Shown here: in pieces, positions 8,740 through 17,636 of the stretch | Position numbering within the stretch: the stretch's first letter is position 1 | Layout: each line of letters opens with the position of its first letter | IMG/VR virus record: IMGVR_UViG_3300049202_000013 | Coordinates: 1 to 44,338 of that record | Length of the DNA stretch: 44,338 nt | Strand: one strand, 5' to 3' | Source of the DNA: a virus | Lineage: Duplodnaviria; Caudoviricetes | Notes under the pieces: model-generated | Database searches by the model: none | What the model was told of the DNA's origin: nothing | What the model saw: only the letters and a program-made list of their open reading frames with translations | Program-made: the position numbers and the translations under genes

Positions 8740-8906
8740 TTTAATTGGTGCCCGGGACCGGAATCGAACCGGTACGGCCGTTTCCAGCCGAGGGATTTTA
8801 AGTCCGTTATGAGCACTATATAGAACAATAAGTTACTGTTTTATATAGGAATCAGCAGTAGTTAATCGCTCATTTCTGCACAGCACTAGGCACAAAACTA
8901 GGCACA
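8669..8906 (+). promoter_or_regulatory. Integrase arm-type sites and IHF-like sites flanking attP
   Basis: GGCACAAAACAAGGCACA (8669-8686) and GGCACAAAACTAGGCACA (8889-8906) on opposite sides of the core; AT-rich WATCA..TT-like sites between them. Confidence 0.7.
8746..8805 (-). mobile_element. attP core: 3' half of tRNA-Leu(TAA)
   Basis: Reverse complement GGAC-TTAAAAT-CCCTCGGCTGGAAACGGCCGTACCGGTTCGATTCCGGTCCCGGGCACCA gives anticodon loop, long variable arm, T arm and CCA; the 5' half is absent. Confidence 0.9.
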
Positions 8907-8945
8907 TAAATCAGCGCTTACCCTTCTTTTGCAGAAGGGTGCGAA

Positions 8946-9365
8946 ATGATCGATTACTGCGAGAGCCATGCCGGTTATTGGTTTGATGAGCCATGGAACG
9001 GGACTGCTCAGGGGCCAAGGACGTGGCTCCATAATAATTTCAGGAATTTCCTTCTAAGCGAAAGCGTCATTGTTGCAGGCGCAGTTCCGTACACCGGCAG
9101 AGAGCTGCACGGACAAGGCGTTTATTTCCTAATCCATCACGGCGCGATTGTTTACGTCGGGCAATCTGGCTGCGTCGGCGCGCGGATTCAGGATCATGCA
9201 TTCGATAAAGACTTCGAGGCGATCTTTCTTATCCCTGAAATTCCTAAGACATGGCTCGAAACCATCGAGCGATTCTACATATTCAAATTTCGCCCAATAC
9301 AAAACCGCTGGCACCCAAGCTCCGCGCCGCGCGCACTAAAAAATATTCTTGATTTATCCGCATGA
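8946..9365 (+). CDS. GIY-YIG nuclease family protein
   Basis: GVYFL...VYVGQS...RIQDH...E...N motif pattern. Confidence 0.75.
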   Translation: MIDYCESHAGYWFDEPWNGTAQGPRTWLHNNFRNFLLSESVIVAGAVPYTGRELHGQGVYFLIHHGAIVYVGQSGCVGARIQDHAFDKDFEAIFLIPEIPKTWLETIERFYIFKFRPIQNRWHPSSAPRALKNILDLSA

Positions 9366-9427
9366 CTCATAACCGGAGCGTGCGGCTGAATTTTTGGCTG
9401 TGCGCTCCACTAACCAAGGAGCGCAAG

Positions 9428-10531
9428 ATGAACAAAAAGAACGGCCTGCTCATGGCTGCAAATTGGGAATCAGGTGTTGGCTATGCGTGGTGGCTCATGG
9501 AGAGCTTTTGGAAGGTCTTAGCAGAGCATCACGACGGCCATTCAGTCATTGCCTACCCGAAGATCACGACTACTCCTGCCGCGATTGCAGAATGCCCGGC
9601 ACGCACCGCAGAGATTAATTTCACCACCACTGGTTCGCTCGTCAAGCAGTGCCGGTTTGTTCGCGCCAACGCCATCAAAACCATTTACTTAACCGATCAG
9701 CCAACATGGCATTGGCGGTATGCAGTGTGGCGAATCGCAGGCGTGCGCAGGATTGTCACGCACGACCATACACCAGGATTGCGGACGGCGCCGAAAGGGA
9801 TAAAGCGATGGATCAAGGCTGCCATTCAGCGCTTACCGTGGATTACCGTAAATCTCGCCATCGGTGCAACGGATTTTGTCAGGCAGCGGTTGATCGATGT
9901 CGCGTGCGTGCCGGAGCACAAAACCGCTTCTGCGCCCAATGGATTGCCCTCGATCAGTGTTGACGCGATCGATGTGCGCGCTGAGTTCGGTATTGCGGCT
10001 GATCGCCTTATTTTGGTTTCCACCGGTAGAGCGGCACCCATCAAAAATATCGACTTCGCGCTTCGACTCATTGCGCTAGTTGATGGTGTGCATTTCCTGC
10101 ACATTGGTGATGGGCCTGATCTGCCTAGACTACAGGCAATAGCGGACACGCTTGGCATTACAGACCGCGTGACGTGGGCGGGCAAACGAAGTGACGTACC
10201 GGCGATCTTGGCGGGCTGCGATATTGCTATTCAGCCATCGCGCGGCGAGGTTGGGTACTCGCTATCCATGCTCGAATATATGCGCGCGGGATTGCCTGTG
10301 CTGGCTCCCGATAACAAATCCGTCAGCGGATGCGTCGAGGATGGTGTCACCGGCTTGATTTACCGAGAAAACTGCGCTGAGTCAGCAATGGAAAAACTGA
10401 TGACTCTCACCATCATTCCAAATCTACGCCGACCGATGGGCGAGAGGGGCGCCAAACGAGTAGCAGAGCATTTTTCGCTACTCAATACTCACTTAGCACT
10501 GATCAGCGCCATGCTTACTTCTTCGCCTTAA
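9428..10531 (+). CDS. GT4 (GT-B) glycosyltransferase, candidate lysogenic surface conversion gene
   Basis: TGRAAPIKN, IGDGP and PSRGEVGYSLSMLEYM (E-x8-E variant); AAGGAG RBS before ATG 9428; alternative start at 9362. Confidence 0.88.
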   Translation: MNKKNGLLMAANWESGVGYAWWLMESFWKVLAEHHDGHSVIAYPKITTTPAAIAECPARTAEINFTTTGSLVKQCRFVRANAIKTIYLTDQPTWHWRYAVWRIAGVRRIVTHDHTPGLRTAPKGIKRWIKAAIQRLPWITVNLAIGATDFVRQRLIDVACVPEHKTASAPNGLPSISVDAIDVRAEFGIAADRLILVSTGRAAPIKNIDFALRLIALVDGVHFLHIGDGPDLPRLQAIADTLGITDRVTWAGKRSDVPAILAGCDIAIQPSRGEVGYSLSMLEYMRAGLPVLAPDNKSVSGCVEDGVTGLIYRENCAESAMEKLMTLTIIPNLRRPMGERGAKRVAEHFSLLNTHLALISAMLTSSP

Positions 10532-10630
10532 AGCCTTGCCACATGCGATGGATCGCAATCTATCCTTCGTAATCGTGCGGCGGATGGCCAAGCTTAACTA
10601 AAGCTTCCGCTGCATCATCGGATATGACAA

Positions 10631-12502
10631 TCATAGTCTGAATCCTCGCATACTGGGGGCGACTGAATACGTCACTGTTACGGATTCGTTAGGGCAGAGT
10701 ATTAATGAGCCGCTCTGCATGTTTGAAATATTGCTGCCATTTTTGGCAATGCCGCTAACCGTGCCGGCCTGAATAAATACCTCCATATTGCTCCCGTAAG
10801 TATTCGTGTAGGTGTATGGCGAGGCCCCTACCGAAATAGAGGTTGACCCCTGCGGGTTATATCCTCTGTTGTTTTTCTGGCTGATGTTCGTTCCGGTCAG
10901 GGCGGACATCGGGGCGATGTTGCCGTCGAGAATATTGTCGTCGATCGTGCAATTTGTTTTCGCTCCAGAGATACCGATACCCTCAGCATGATTGGCGCCG
11001 CGCACTGTGTTGCCACGAATGGTCGCCGTGCAATCGCCTATAAGATTAATTCCGTTGGCGGCCCCTGATCCAAAATCAGCGCAATCCAAAATAGTTGAAT
11101 TTAAAATTGTAATTTCGCCGGTAAAATCACTGCGAATATCGATGCCGTGATAATCGAAATCGGTTATTTCTACTCCATCAAAAACAATCTTTTCCGCGTC
11201 GCTGTTCGACAACACGACGCCGTGCTGCCCAGTCCCTGCCCCAAGGATTTTTGACCCGATGAACCGAAAATCACCATGGAGCGTCGGAGTCTGGCCCGCT
11301 ATCTGGATGTTTATGCCGGAGCAAAGGTCAAACCAGGTGTTTGCGCCAAACAGGATGCCGGTGCATTTGGTGGCGGTGTTGGGATTGATCAGCAAATTGT
11401 GGCCGGTCGTGCTTCCAACATGGAAGTTATTAAAGAACGCACCATCTACCGCAGTGATATGCACTCCGGTCTCGGCGCGATTGGTTGAGCCGCCGCGAAG
11501 ATTAATGTTGTTAAAGAACAAGTCACCGCCGTGGGCTCCTTTGCCGGTATTGGCGGTTGGCGCAATGTACAAATACTTTTGCCCTGCCGTTGATCCGCCA
11601 TTGGATGAATTAAACAGGGCGTACACATTATCGAAGTGGCCTTGATCGCAACCGAGCAATGAAATACCGATATGACCATTTAAAATTCTGACGTTTTCGA
11701 CAATAAAGCTGGTGACGGCATCCATATGTATTTGCGATCCATTAGTCACCACGCCAGACATCGAAAACTGCAAATTACGAAGAGAAAAATTGGCAAGAGC
11801 CGCCGTGCCAGCCTGATCGCCCACATCCAGCACATTGCCAAAATCGCCGGATGCGGTAATGACTGTACCCCACCCTTCGCCATCAATAGATATATTATTC
11901 CCTGCAACGACGAGCGAATCAGAGACGAGATAATTCCCATATGGCAGACGCAACCTTCCACGACCATTCGTCGCCATTGCATCGAAGGCTTCGTTTAAAT
12001 TATCCGAAACGTCAACGGCGCTACTGCCATCCCTGATAGCCGCCCACTGAGTCTTTGGAATAAATCGGAGCGCAGAAACCTCGGCTCCGTTAAGCATGTC
12101 GGAGACTGTTTTCAGGTAGGTCGGGGCAACGGGGTCGTAGTGGCCAACCAGTGCAGAACCTAGCTGCGCATCGGAATCTTCGGCAAGATCAGTTCTCAGT
12201 CGTCCGCCAAGGTCATGAACATCGTTAACCGTCCATTTGGACACCGCCGAGGCATCCTTCAGGACAAACTTATAGGTCACCGTCGAATCAAGCCAAATGG
12301 CGACCGTATTCCCAGATACAACAGGCTCGCCACGCGCGTTTAACGTGATTACCGGCCCGGCCGAGGTGCCGATTTCATCGATAAACATGTTGGTTGGCGT
12401 TGTGGTGTCAGCGAGATACGCAGTAATCGTTCCGCCAGATAGCGGAACGCCGGTATCAGTCAGGAATTGTGGAACGAAGGGTGTTGCCGGATAATAGGAC
12501 AT
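10631..12502 (-). CDS. Tailspike / receptor-binding protein with parallel beta-helix
   Basis: N-terminal virion-anchoring domain (PQF..GVPLSGG..NARGE), then a long G/N/I/S-rich beta-helix repeat region; last late gene. Confidence 0.85.
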   Translation of the reverse strand: MSYYPATPFVPQFLTDTGVPLSGGTITAYLADTTTPTNMFIDEIGTSAGPVITLNARGEPVVSGNTVAIWLDSTVTYKFVLKDASAVSKWTVNDVHDLGGRLRTDLAEDSDAQLGSALVGHYDPVAPTYLKTVSDMLNGAEVSALRFIPKTQWAAIRDGSSAVDVSDNLNEAFDAMATNGRGRLRLPYGNYLVSDSLVVAGNNISIDGEGWGTVITASGDFGNVLDVGDQAGTAALANFSLRNLQFSMSGVVTNGSQIHMDAVTSFIVENVRILNGHIGISLLGCDQGHFDNVYALFNSSNGGSTAGQKYLYIAPTANTGKGAHGGDLFFNNINLRGGSTNRAETGVHITAVDGAFFNNFHVGSTTGHNLLINPNTATKCTGILFGANTWFDLCSGINIQIAGQTPTLHGDFRFIGSKILGAGTGQHGVVLSNSDAEKIVFDGVEITDFDYHGIDIRSDFTGEITILNSTILDCADFGSGAANGINLIGDCTATIRGNTVRGANHAEGIGISGAKTNCTIDDNILDGNIAPMSALTGTNISQKNNRGYNPQGSTSISVGASPYTYTNTYGSNMEVFIQAGTVSGIAKNGSNISNMQSGSLILCPNESVTVTYSVAPSMRGFRL

Positions 12503-12554
12503 GCGCTTACTCCGTGTCGCTTCACAGCGATAACTTCTTAATCAGGCGAAAAAG

Positions 12555-12641
12555 ATGGAATTCACCGATTTCATGGTGCTGAAAATGGCTGTTTTGTGCG
12601 GCGCAGCTTTTATCGCTGGCCTGCTTGGTTGGCTAGAATAA
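12555..12641 (+). CDS. Putative 28 aa hydrophobic peptide antisense to the late operon
   Basis: MEFTDFMVLKMAVLCGAAFIAGLLGWLE*, one TM helix; read by hand. Confidence 0.35.
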   Translation: MEFTDFMVLKMAVLCGAAFIAGLLGWLE

Positions 12642-14265
12642 CCAGCGGTGATGTCCGTAAAATATCCGCCCCAACACCAGGCGTCCCCGCTTGCCGCAGC
12701 GACTGCATAGCTCTCGTGGCGGGTGCTGCCAGCCGCTGCGCCGCCCCCGTTCCTCGGCCTAACGCATAAGCGGCTTCGCCAACCATTCTTGGGCTTGCCA
12801 GCGGTGCGCCAGCCAACAATTGCGGTTGAAATATCGCTGCGCCACCCAGCCCAGCCTTTTCAATCGCGCCAACCATGCCGCGCGGAGTCCACGAGTTCAG
12901 CGCCTGCCCAGCAATAGACGGCATTAATTCAACGCCACCTTGCTCCTCTAGCTGCTTAGCCAGTGATAGGCGGTTACCGTAATTAGTTTGCGCATTGTTT
13001 CTGAGCAAAGATTGCAGCTTGCGGATAGCGGTATCTTTTGACGCTTTATGGCCAGCGGATAATGCCTGCTCAATTTCTTTTAGCGTGGTAGACGCCTGGG
13101 CATAATCCTTCATCACCTTGGCATAGCCAGGGGCCTGTTTAACAATTTCACCCTTGACCGAGTTGTACAGTTGGTCAGCTGCGCGTCGGGCAGGCGCTCC
13201 AAGTTGCGTGGAGTCGCGAACATCGCCAATTGCCTGTTTGAGCGCATCCAAGCCTTCTGGCGTGTGATATTCAGCAGGGTCAAGCGACTTCCATTGGTCA
13301 ACGATTGTTTTAAGCTCATCGACCGTATCAGCAGCCTTGCTCTTGATCTCAACGCCTTTAAATTTCCCGATGCCGGAAACGCTGCTCATTGCCTTGTCAA
13401 TCGGAGCGAAGTCAAGAACTGACTTGTCTTTGCTGATGTCGGCCATGCCGCTGCGATAAGCGGCCTGACGATCCGCGCGCATGTTCGCCAATCCCTGCTT
13501 GGCCGCATCAACCACGTCATCGAACTCAGATTGCCCGCGCATATTTTTAAGGAAGTCGTCGAGCCCGTTTTTGCCTGACTGGTACGCAACTTTGATCGCG
13601 TCCGCACCGGTGCCTGTCGTTGCTCCGAGAATGTGCGACAACAAACCGCCTGAGCCTTTCTTAATTAATTTGCCAGCCTCTCCCGCGAGCTTGACCGCAC
13701 CCGGCATAGCCGCCCCTAGCAAAGCTCCGTCTCTGGCCTCTTCGGGGTCTATTAGGCCAGCGGTTGCCGCGCCGACCATGCCGCCAGTGCTGGATCTCAG
13801 CGCGGCATCAGCCACCTTGCCGCCAAGCGTTACAGCCTTGGGCGCATTCCCTAGCGAAAAGCCTCCTGAATTGAGCGCAGCAACGACTTTTGGAGCAGCG
13901 CCTACCGCCTGAGCGCCGCGACCAATAAGGCCGCCAACAGGGAGAGTGCCGGCGATTTCAGTGGCAATTTTCCCACCCTTGAATGCCAACGAATCAGGCT
14001 GTGCGCCAAGTGTTTCAAGGCCGGCCGTCATATCGGCGCGGCGCTGGCGATTGGACTCAAGCGACAAACCTTTTCCGGCAAATGCATCTTTTGCCATGTC
14101 GTAAGGGGCGATTATCGTTGCTCCTATCGACCCAGCGCCGCGCACAGCGCCAGCAGCAAGGTTTCCAACCATTTGTCCTAAACCGCCACTATCTTTTTGC
14201 GCCTGCTGAAGCTCGCTCAGCTTGAGCGTTTTTTGGGCGGGCTGTATCTCGCTTAATTTCATCAC
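12610..14265 (-). CDS. DNA ejection / internal virion protein (P22 gp16 position)
   Basis: 551 aa, A/G-rich and helical; third gene of the ejection trio. Confidence 0.7.
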   Translation of the reverse strand: MMKLSEIQPAQKTLKLSELQQAQKDSGGLGQMVGNLAAGAVRGAGSIGATIIAPYDMAKDAFAGKGLSLESNRQRRADMTAGLETLGAQPDSLAFKGGKIATEIAGTLPVGGLIGRGAQAVGAAPKVVAALNSGGFSLGNAPKAVTLGGKVADAALRSSTGGMVGAATAGLIDPEEARDGALLGAAMPGAVKLAGEAGKLIKKGSGGLLSHILGATTGTGADAIKVAYQSGKNGLDDFLKNMRGQSEFDDVVDAAKQGLANMRADRQAAYRSGMADISKDKSVLDFAPIDKAMSSVSGIGKFKGVEIKSKAADTVDELKTIVDQWKSLDPAEYHTPEGLDALKQAIGDVRDSTQLGAPARRAADQLYNSVKGEIVKQAPGYAKVMKDYAQASTTLKEIEQALSAGHKASKDTAIRKLQSLLRNNAQTNYGNRLSLAKQLEEQGGVELMPSIAGQALNSWTPRGMVGAIEKAGLGGAAIFQPQLLAGAPLASPRMVGEAAYALGRGTGAAQRLAAPATRAMQSLRQAGTPGVGADILRTSPLVILANQAGQR

Positions 14266-15482
14266 AGCGGCTCCACGTCAGGATCGTTCGGATCGCCGCC
14301 AATGACGCGGTATTGTTTGCCATTAACCTCGATTATTTGGCCGGCAGAATATTTCCCAGCAGCGCCACTCTCTGGCCCCGGCATGGCATCGGCATCTTCT
14401 GCGGCTCGACCAGCGCTGATTCTTGCAGCGCCAATGATGTTTTGTAATCGGGCGTGCTTATCGGCAACGGTCTTTTCGTCATCGCCTATTTGCGGAAAGT
14501 AGCTCCTTGCGTACCCTCTCAATTGCTCCTTCGTATACGCAGCACCAGTGCCCAGTGTTAACGCCGCATCTAGCAAATCTAGCTGAGCCGCCTCAACACG
14601 CTGCCGCTCTTGGCTTGTCACGGAATTGGCCGCCGTGTCGCCGCCAATCGCGCGGACGCTCTCTGACAGCAGCGACGGCTTGGCAGCACCATCCGCACCC
14701 GCTAGCGCGTCCTGTAATTGTTGCTCTGAAAATTTAAGCCGCGAATAGAGTGTTGCCGCTTTTCGCTCCCCTTCTGTCGGCACGGCATTTCGCTGACCTT
14801 GTTTTGCATCCGCCGGGCCGCCCGGTATTGGAATGAGGTCTGCGCCGTTATCCGCCCACCGATAGCCTGCCGGGGGCTTGCTGTCACCGCCTTGTCGGCT
14901 TTTTTCTATCGCCAGGCGCTCCCGATCTATCGCAAGTTTTTCACGATCTAGCGGAGAAATAGATTCCCGAACTTCCTGCAAATCGGCAATATTGCCGCTC
15001 TGCTCATAGGCCGCGATAGATTCAGGAGTGGCCTTGCCGATTAGAGTAGTGAGGTCTTTCGGCTTGCGACCCAACTCCTCTTTGAGAATTTCCCCACCAT
15101 AAACTTGCGATTTGTGGTAATCGAGGATGGCTTTCGCCTGCTCATCGTATTGCTGAGGAAATTGCGAAACATCGTCTCCGCGACTAGCTGCTTCCTGCAA
15201 TGCTCGCTGATAAAACATATTTTTCTGCGCAGGATCAGACAGCCGATCAAGGCCAACGGCGACATTGGCAATCTTCTTTTGCGCCTGCTCCATGCGTTTC
15301 GCAGCGTACTCCTGATCGGCCATCGCCATTTGTCTTTGGCCTAATGAAATTCGCTGCTGATTCATCTCGCGATCTTGCGCCGCTGCTTTTTGCTGGTCAG
15401 CAGCGGCCAGCCCGCGCATGGCCGATCCGAGAATGTCCGGGCCCTGCGATTGCGCAATAAGTTGGTTAATTGCAGATGCCAT
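14262..15482 (-). CDS. DNA ejection protein (P22 gp20 position)
   Basis: Q/A-rich helical protein with PIPGGPAD motif; gene order. Confidence 0.7.
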   Translation of the reverse strand: MASAINQLIAQSQGPDILGSAMRGLAAADQQKAAAQDREMNQQRISLGQRQMAMADQEYAAKRMEQAQKKIANVAVGLDRLSDPAQKNMFYQRALQEAASRGDDVSQFPQQYDEQAKAILDYHKSQVYGGEILKEELGRKPKDLTTLIGKATPESIAAYEQSGNIADLQEVRESISPLDREKLAIDRERLAIEKSRQGGDSKPPAGYRWADNGADLIPIPGGPADAKQGQRNAVPTEGERKAATLYSRLKFSEQQLQDALAGADGAAKPSLLSESVRAIGGDTAANSVTSQERQRVEAAQLDLLDAALTLGTGAAYTKEQLRGYARSYFPQIGDDEKTVADKHARLQNIIGAARISAGRAAEDADAMPGPESGAAGKYSAGQIIEVNGKQYRVIGGDPNDPDVEPL

Positions 15483-15483
15483 A

Positions 15484-16401
15484 TCACGTTATCCCGTAGC
15501 GTCTGTTTACTTGGGTGTAACTGGTTGGGTCATAACCGCCATCGCCAGAGCGCCCGTACATATAGGCTCCAGCACCGATGCCTTGATTAATCGCATTACT
15601 CCACGCATTACCCTGACCAAGATATCCAGAGGCTCTTGCATCAGCAGAGTTTTGCTTGGCCTGCCCTATAATCTGCCCGGCCTGCATGCCCTGGCTGCCA
15701 AGATTTGCGGCTGTCGTTTGCCCGACGCCGGCCATTGCCGCCAATGCGTTCCGATAGGTGTTTAATTGCTGAGAGGCAGCACCCTGACCGTAGCGAGTCA
15801 GTTCTTTCATGGCGCGCCCAGAGTTGGACAGCCCGCGAGCCGCAAGACCGGCATTGACCGCTCGATTGCCTTCCTGAAATGCAAATTGATAGTCGGGGGA
15901 GTTAAAAAACGCGGAGTAATCCGGGCTCTGCGAAAAGCCGCCGCGATTTACCGGGGTAATAGATGATGGCTTGGGTAATTTTCCTGCCGCTTTAAGCCGA
16001 TTGTATTCGTCGCTACCTCGCATATCCGCGAGTACGTCTTGCACATCCCAGCCGAGGTAATATTTACCGCCACTGGAGTCAGCATCCCGGCCTAGTACTT
16101 CACGATACAGCTGATTAAGATCATCCAGCGAATCAATGCTGCCCCCGCGCTGCGATAACGGTTTTGTCGCCTCTGGATCGTCGCTGTACATAACGCCATT
16201 GAGGGCGGCAAGTTGCCGTAATGCGTTCTGACCCGTGCCAAGCCACGGCATTTGGTCTTTGCGGGATTGGTCGTACATATCCCACTGAACCTGCGCGGCA
16301 GCATCGGAGCCTTTTTCAGAGGATTTTGCCGCTTTCTTGGCATTTTGCGAGCTAACGTACCCGCCGACTACAGCACTTCCAACAGCCGCTGCCGCTACCA
16401 T
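15484..16401 (-). CDS. DNA ejection protein (P22 gp7-like)
   Basis: Hydrophobic N-terminus AAAVGSAVVGG, SPDYQF..EG..A...AARG..SG motif. Confidence 0.8.
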   Translation of the reverse strand: MVAAAAVGSAVVGGYVSSQNAKKAAKSSEKGSDAAAQVQWDMYDQSRKDQMPWLGTGQNALRQLAALNGVMYSDDPEATKPLSQRGGSIDSLDDLNQLYREVLGRDADSSGGKYYLGWDVQDVLADMRGSDEYNRLKAAGKLPKPSSITPVNRGGFSQSPDYSAFFNSPDYQFAFQEGNRAVNAGLAARGLSNSGRAMKELTRYGQGAASQQLNTYRNALAAMAGVGQTTAANLGSQGMQAGQIIGQAKQNSADARASGYLGQGNAWSNAINQGIGAGAYMYGRSGDGGYDPTSYTQVNRRYGIT

Positions 16402-16442
16402 GTCATAACCCCGCTCCTCGTCTCACGACGATGAATTTTGTT

Positions 16443-16892
16443 TTACAGCATTTTGCTGTAGTACGTCTCTACCTTTGAGAAATCGAGATATTCAAATAAC
16501 TTGCTTGCATCTTTATGCACTTTTGAGCCAACGAACCAGCGATCGACGCCGCGACGCTTGAGCTCTGACTCGACCGCCTTAAATAGTCGCACGCCACCGC
16601 GCGCCCCCCGGCTATCTGGCACTACATAAAAAATATCCATCGTGCAGGTTAGGCACGTTCTATAATGCAACCCAGGCGCAACAAATCCGATGAAATACCC
16701 AACCAGTACCCCCAGATCCCTCAGCGTGACGAAAACAACCTCGCCCGCCGAATCCCGCTGCAAATAAATTTCGTATTGCGGATCGAGCGGAACAGAGTCC
16801 TTGTTCAACGCAAGCTCTTCGTAATGAAGCGGCAATAATCGCTTCAGCTCATCCAGCGCATCGGTAAAGCTCTCAACTTGAGCGGTCAGCAT
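16443..16892 (-). CDS. GNAT-fold acetyltransferase-like protein
   Basis: DIFYVVPDSRGARGGVRLF resembles the acetyl-CoA-binding motif A; sits at the P22 gp14 position. Confidence 0.75.
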   Translation of the reverse strand: MLTAQVESFTDALDELKRLLPLHYEELALNKDSVPLDPQYEIYLQRDSAGEVVFVTLRDLGVLVGYFIGFVAPGLHYRTCLTCTMDIFYVVPDSRGARGGVRLFKAVESELKRRGVDRWFVGSKVHKDASKLFEYLDFSKVETYYSKML

Positions 16893-17458
16893 TTGATATC
16901 CACAACAATATGAATGCGGTCATCAGCAGAGTTGTTTATTACAGAGTGCTCCAAGGCGCCGTTGAACCACCACACCTCCCCGGTCTGCATGCAAACTGTC
17001 TCGCCTCCACACATGAACAAACTTCCCGGCAGCCCCTGTAAAACAATGTGGTACCGAGAGTAATACTGCTCATTGTCGTAGTGGACAGAAAGATCATCGC
17101 CAATGTCTTTATGGGGATAAATTTGACTGCCCGGCTTCATGCGCGAGATAAAACACCGGCCAAGCCTTTGCCCCTCGACCGCCGACATCAGTGTCATGAC
17201 AAGGTGCCGAACCTGCGGCAAGCAATCCCAGGCAGGATAATTTATGCTTTCTCTGTGGTCGTAGAACGCCGATTCCGAAATAGCCTGCCGGCACTTTTCA
17301 AGATCGTTCATCCGCAGCCAAATATCGTCCAGCTCTCGGTGCGGAGTACCCTCCGCCTGGGTGCGCAATTGGTTCTGATTCCACAGATCAGCGTGTTGAT
17401 TCAGGGCGTTCATTGCGGGAACGACATCGATTTGCGCGAGCCGGTAAAAATTTCTCAT
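16886..17458 (-). CDS. Aspartyl/asparaginyl beta-hydroxylase-like 2OG-Fe(II) dioxygenase
   Basis: PGSQIYPHKD...RYHIVL...GEVWWFN...HSVINNS..DRIHIVVD, HxD...H triad with R. Confidence 0.88.
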   Translation of the reverse strand: MRNFYRLAQIDVVPAMNALNQHADLWNQNQLRTQAEGTPHRELDDIWLRMNDLEKCRQAISESAFYDHRESINYPAWDCLPQVRHLVMTLMSAVEGQRLGRCFISRMKPGSQIYPHKDIGDDLSVHYDNEQYYSRYHIVLQGLPGSLFMCGGETVCMQTGEVWWFNGALEHSVINNSADDRIHIVVDIKC

Positions 17459-17628
17459 CGCGTAAACACCACCAGCGACTGACCCTCGCCGACTTCAAAC
17501 TCCGCCGACTGCTCAGGTAATAGCTGGGCCTCTGATACGCAGTCAATTTCCTGCCTTTCGGCGTCTACCCGCATGAGCCGTGTAATCACTGGATTTTGCG
17601 TATCACTGTTTGTCAATGTAATGTTCAT
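17455..17628 (-). CDS. Small hypothetical protein (57 aa, MNITLTNSD...)
   Basis: Read by hand; AAGGGG RBS, ATGA coupling to the hydroxylase. Confidence 0.6.
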   Translation of the reverse strand: MNITLTNSDTQNPVITRLMRVDAERQEIDCVSEAQLLPEQSAEFEVGEGQSLVVFTR

Positions 17629-17636
17629 GATTCCCC

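Noticed and set aside
8616-8828. 70 aa - strand ORF across attP
   Set aside because: It is a translation of tRNA-derived and integrase-antisense sequence
8746-8830. Complete functional tRNA-Leu gene
   Set aside because: Similarity stops at the anticodon stem; there is no D arm or 5' acceptor strand, so it is an att core
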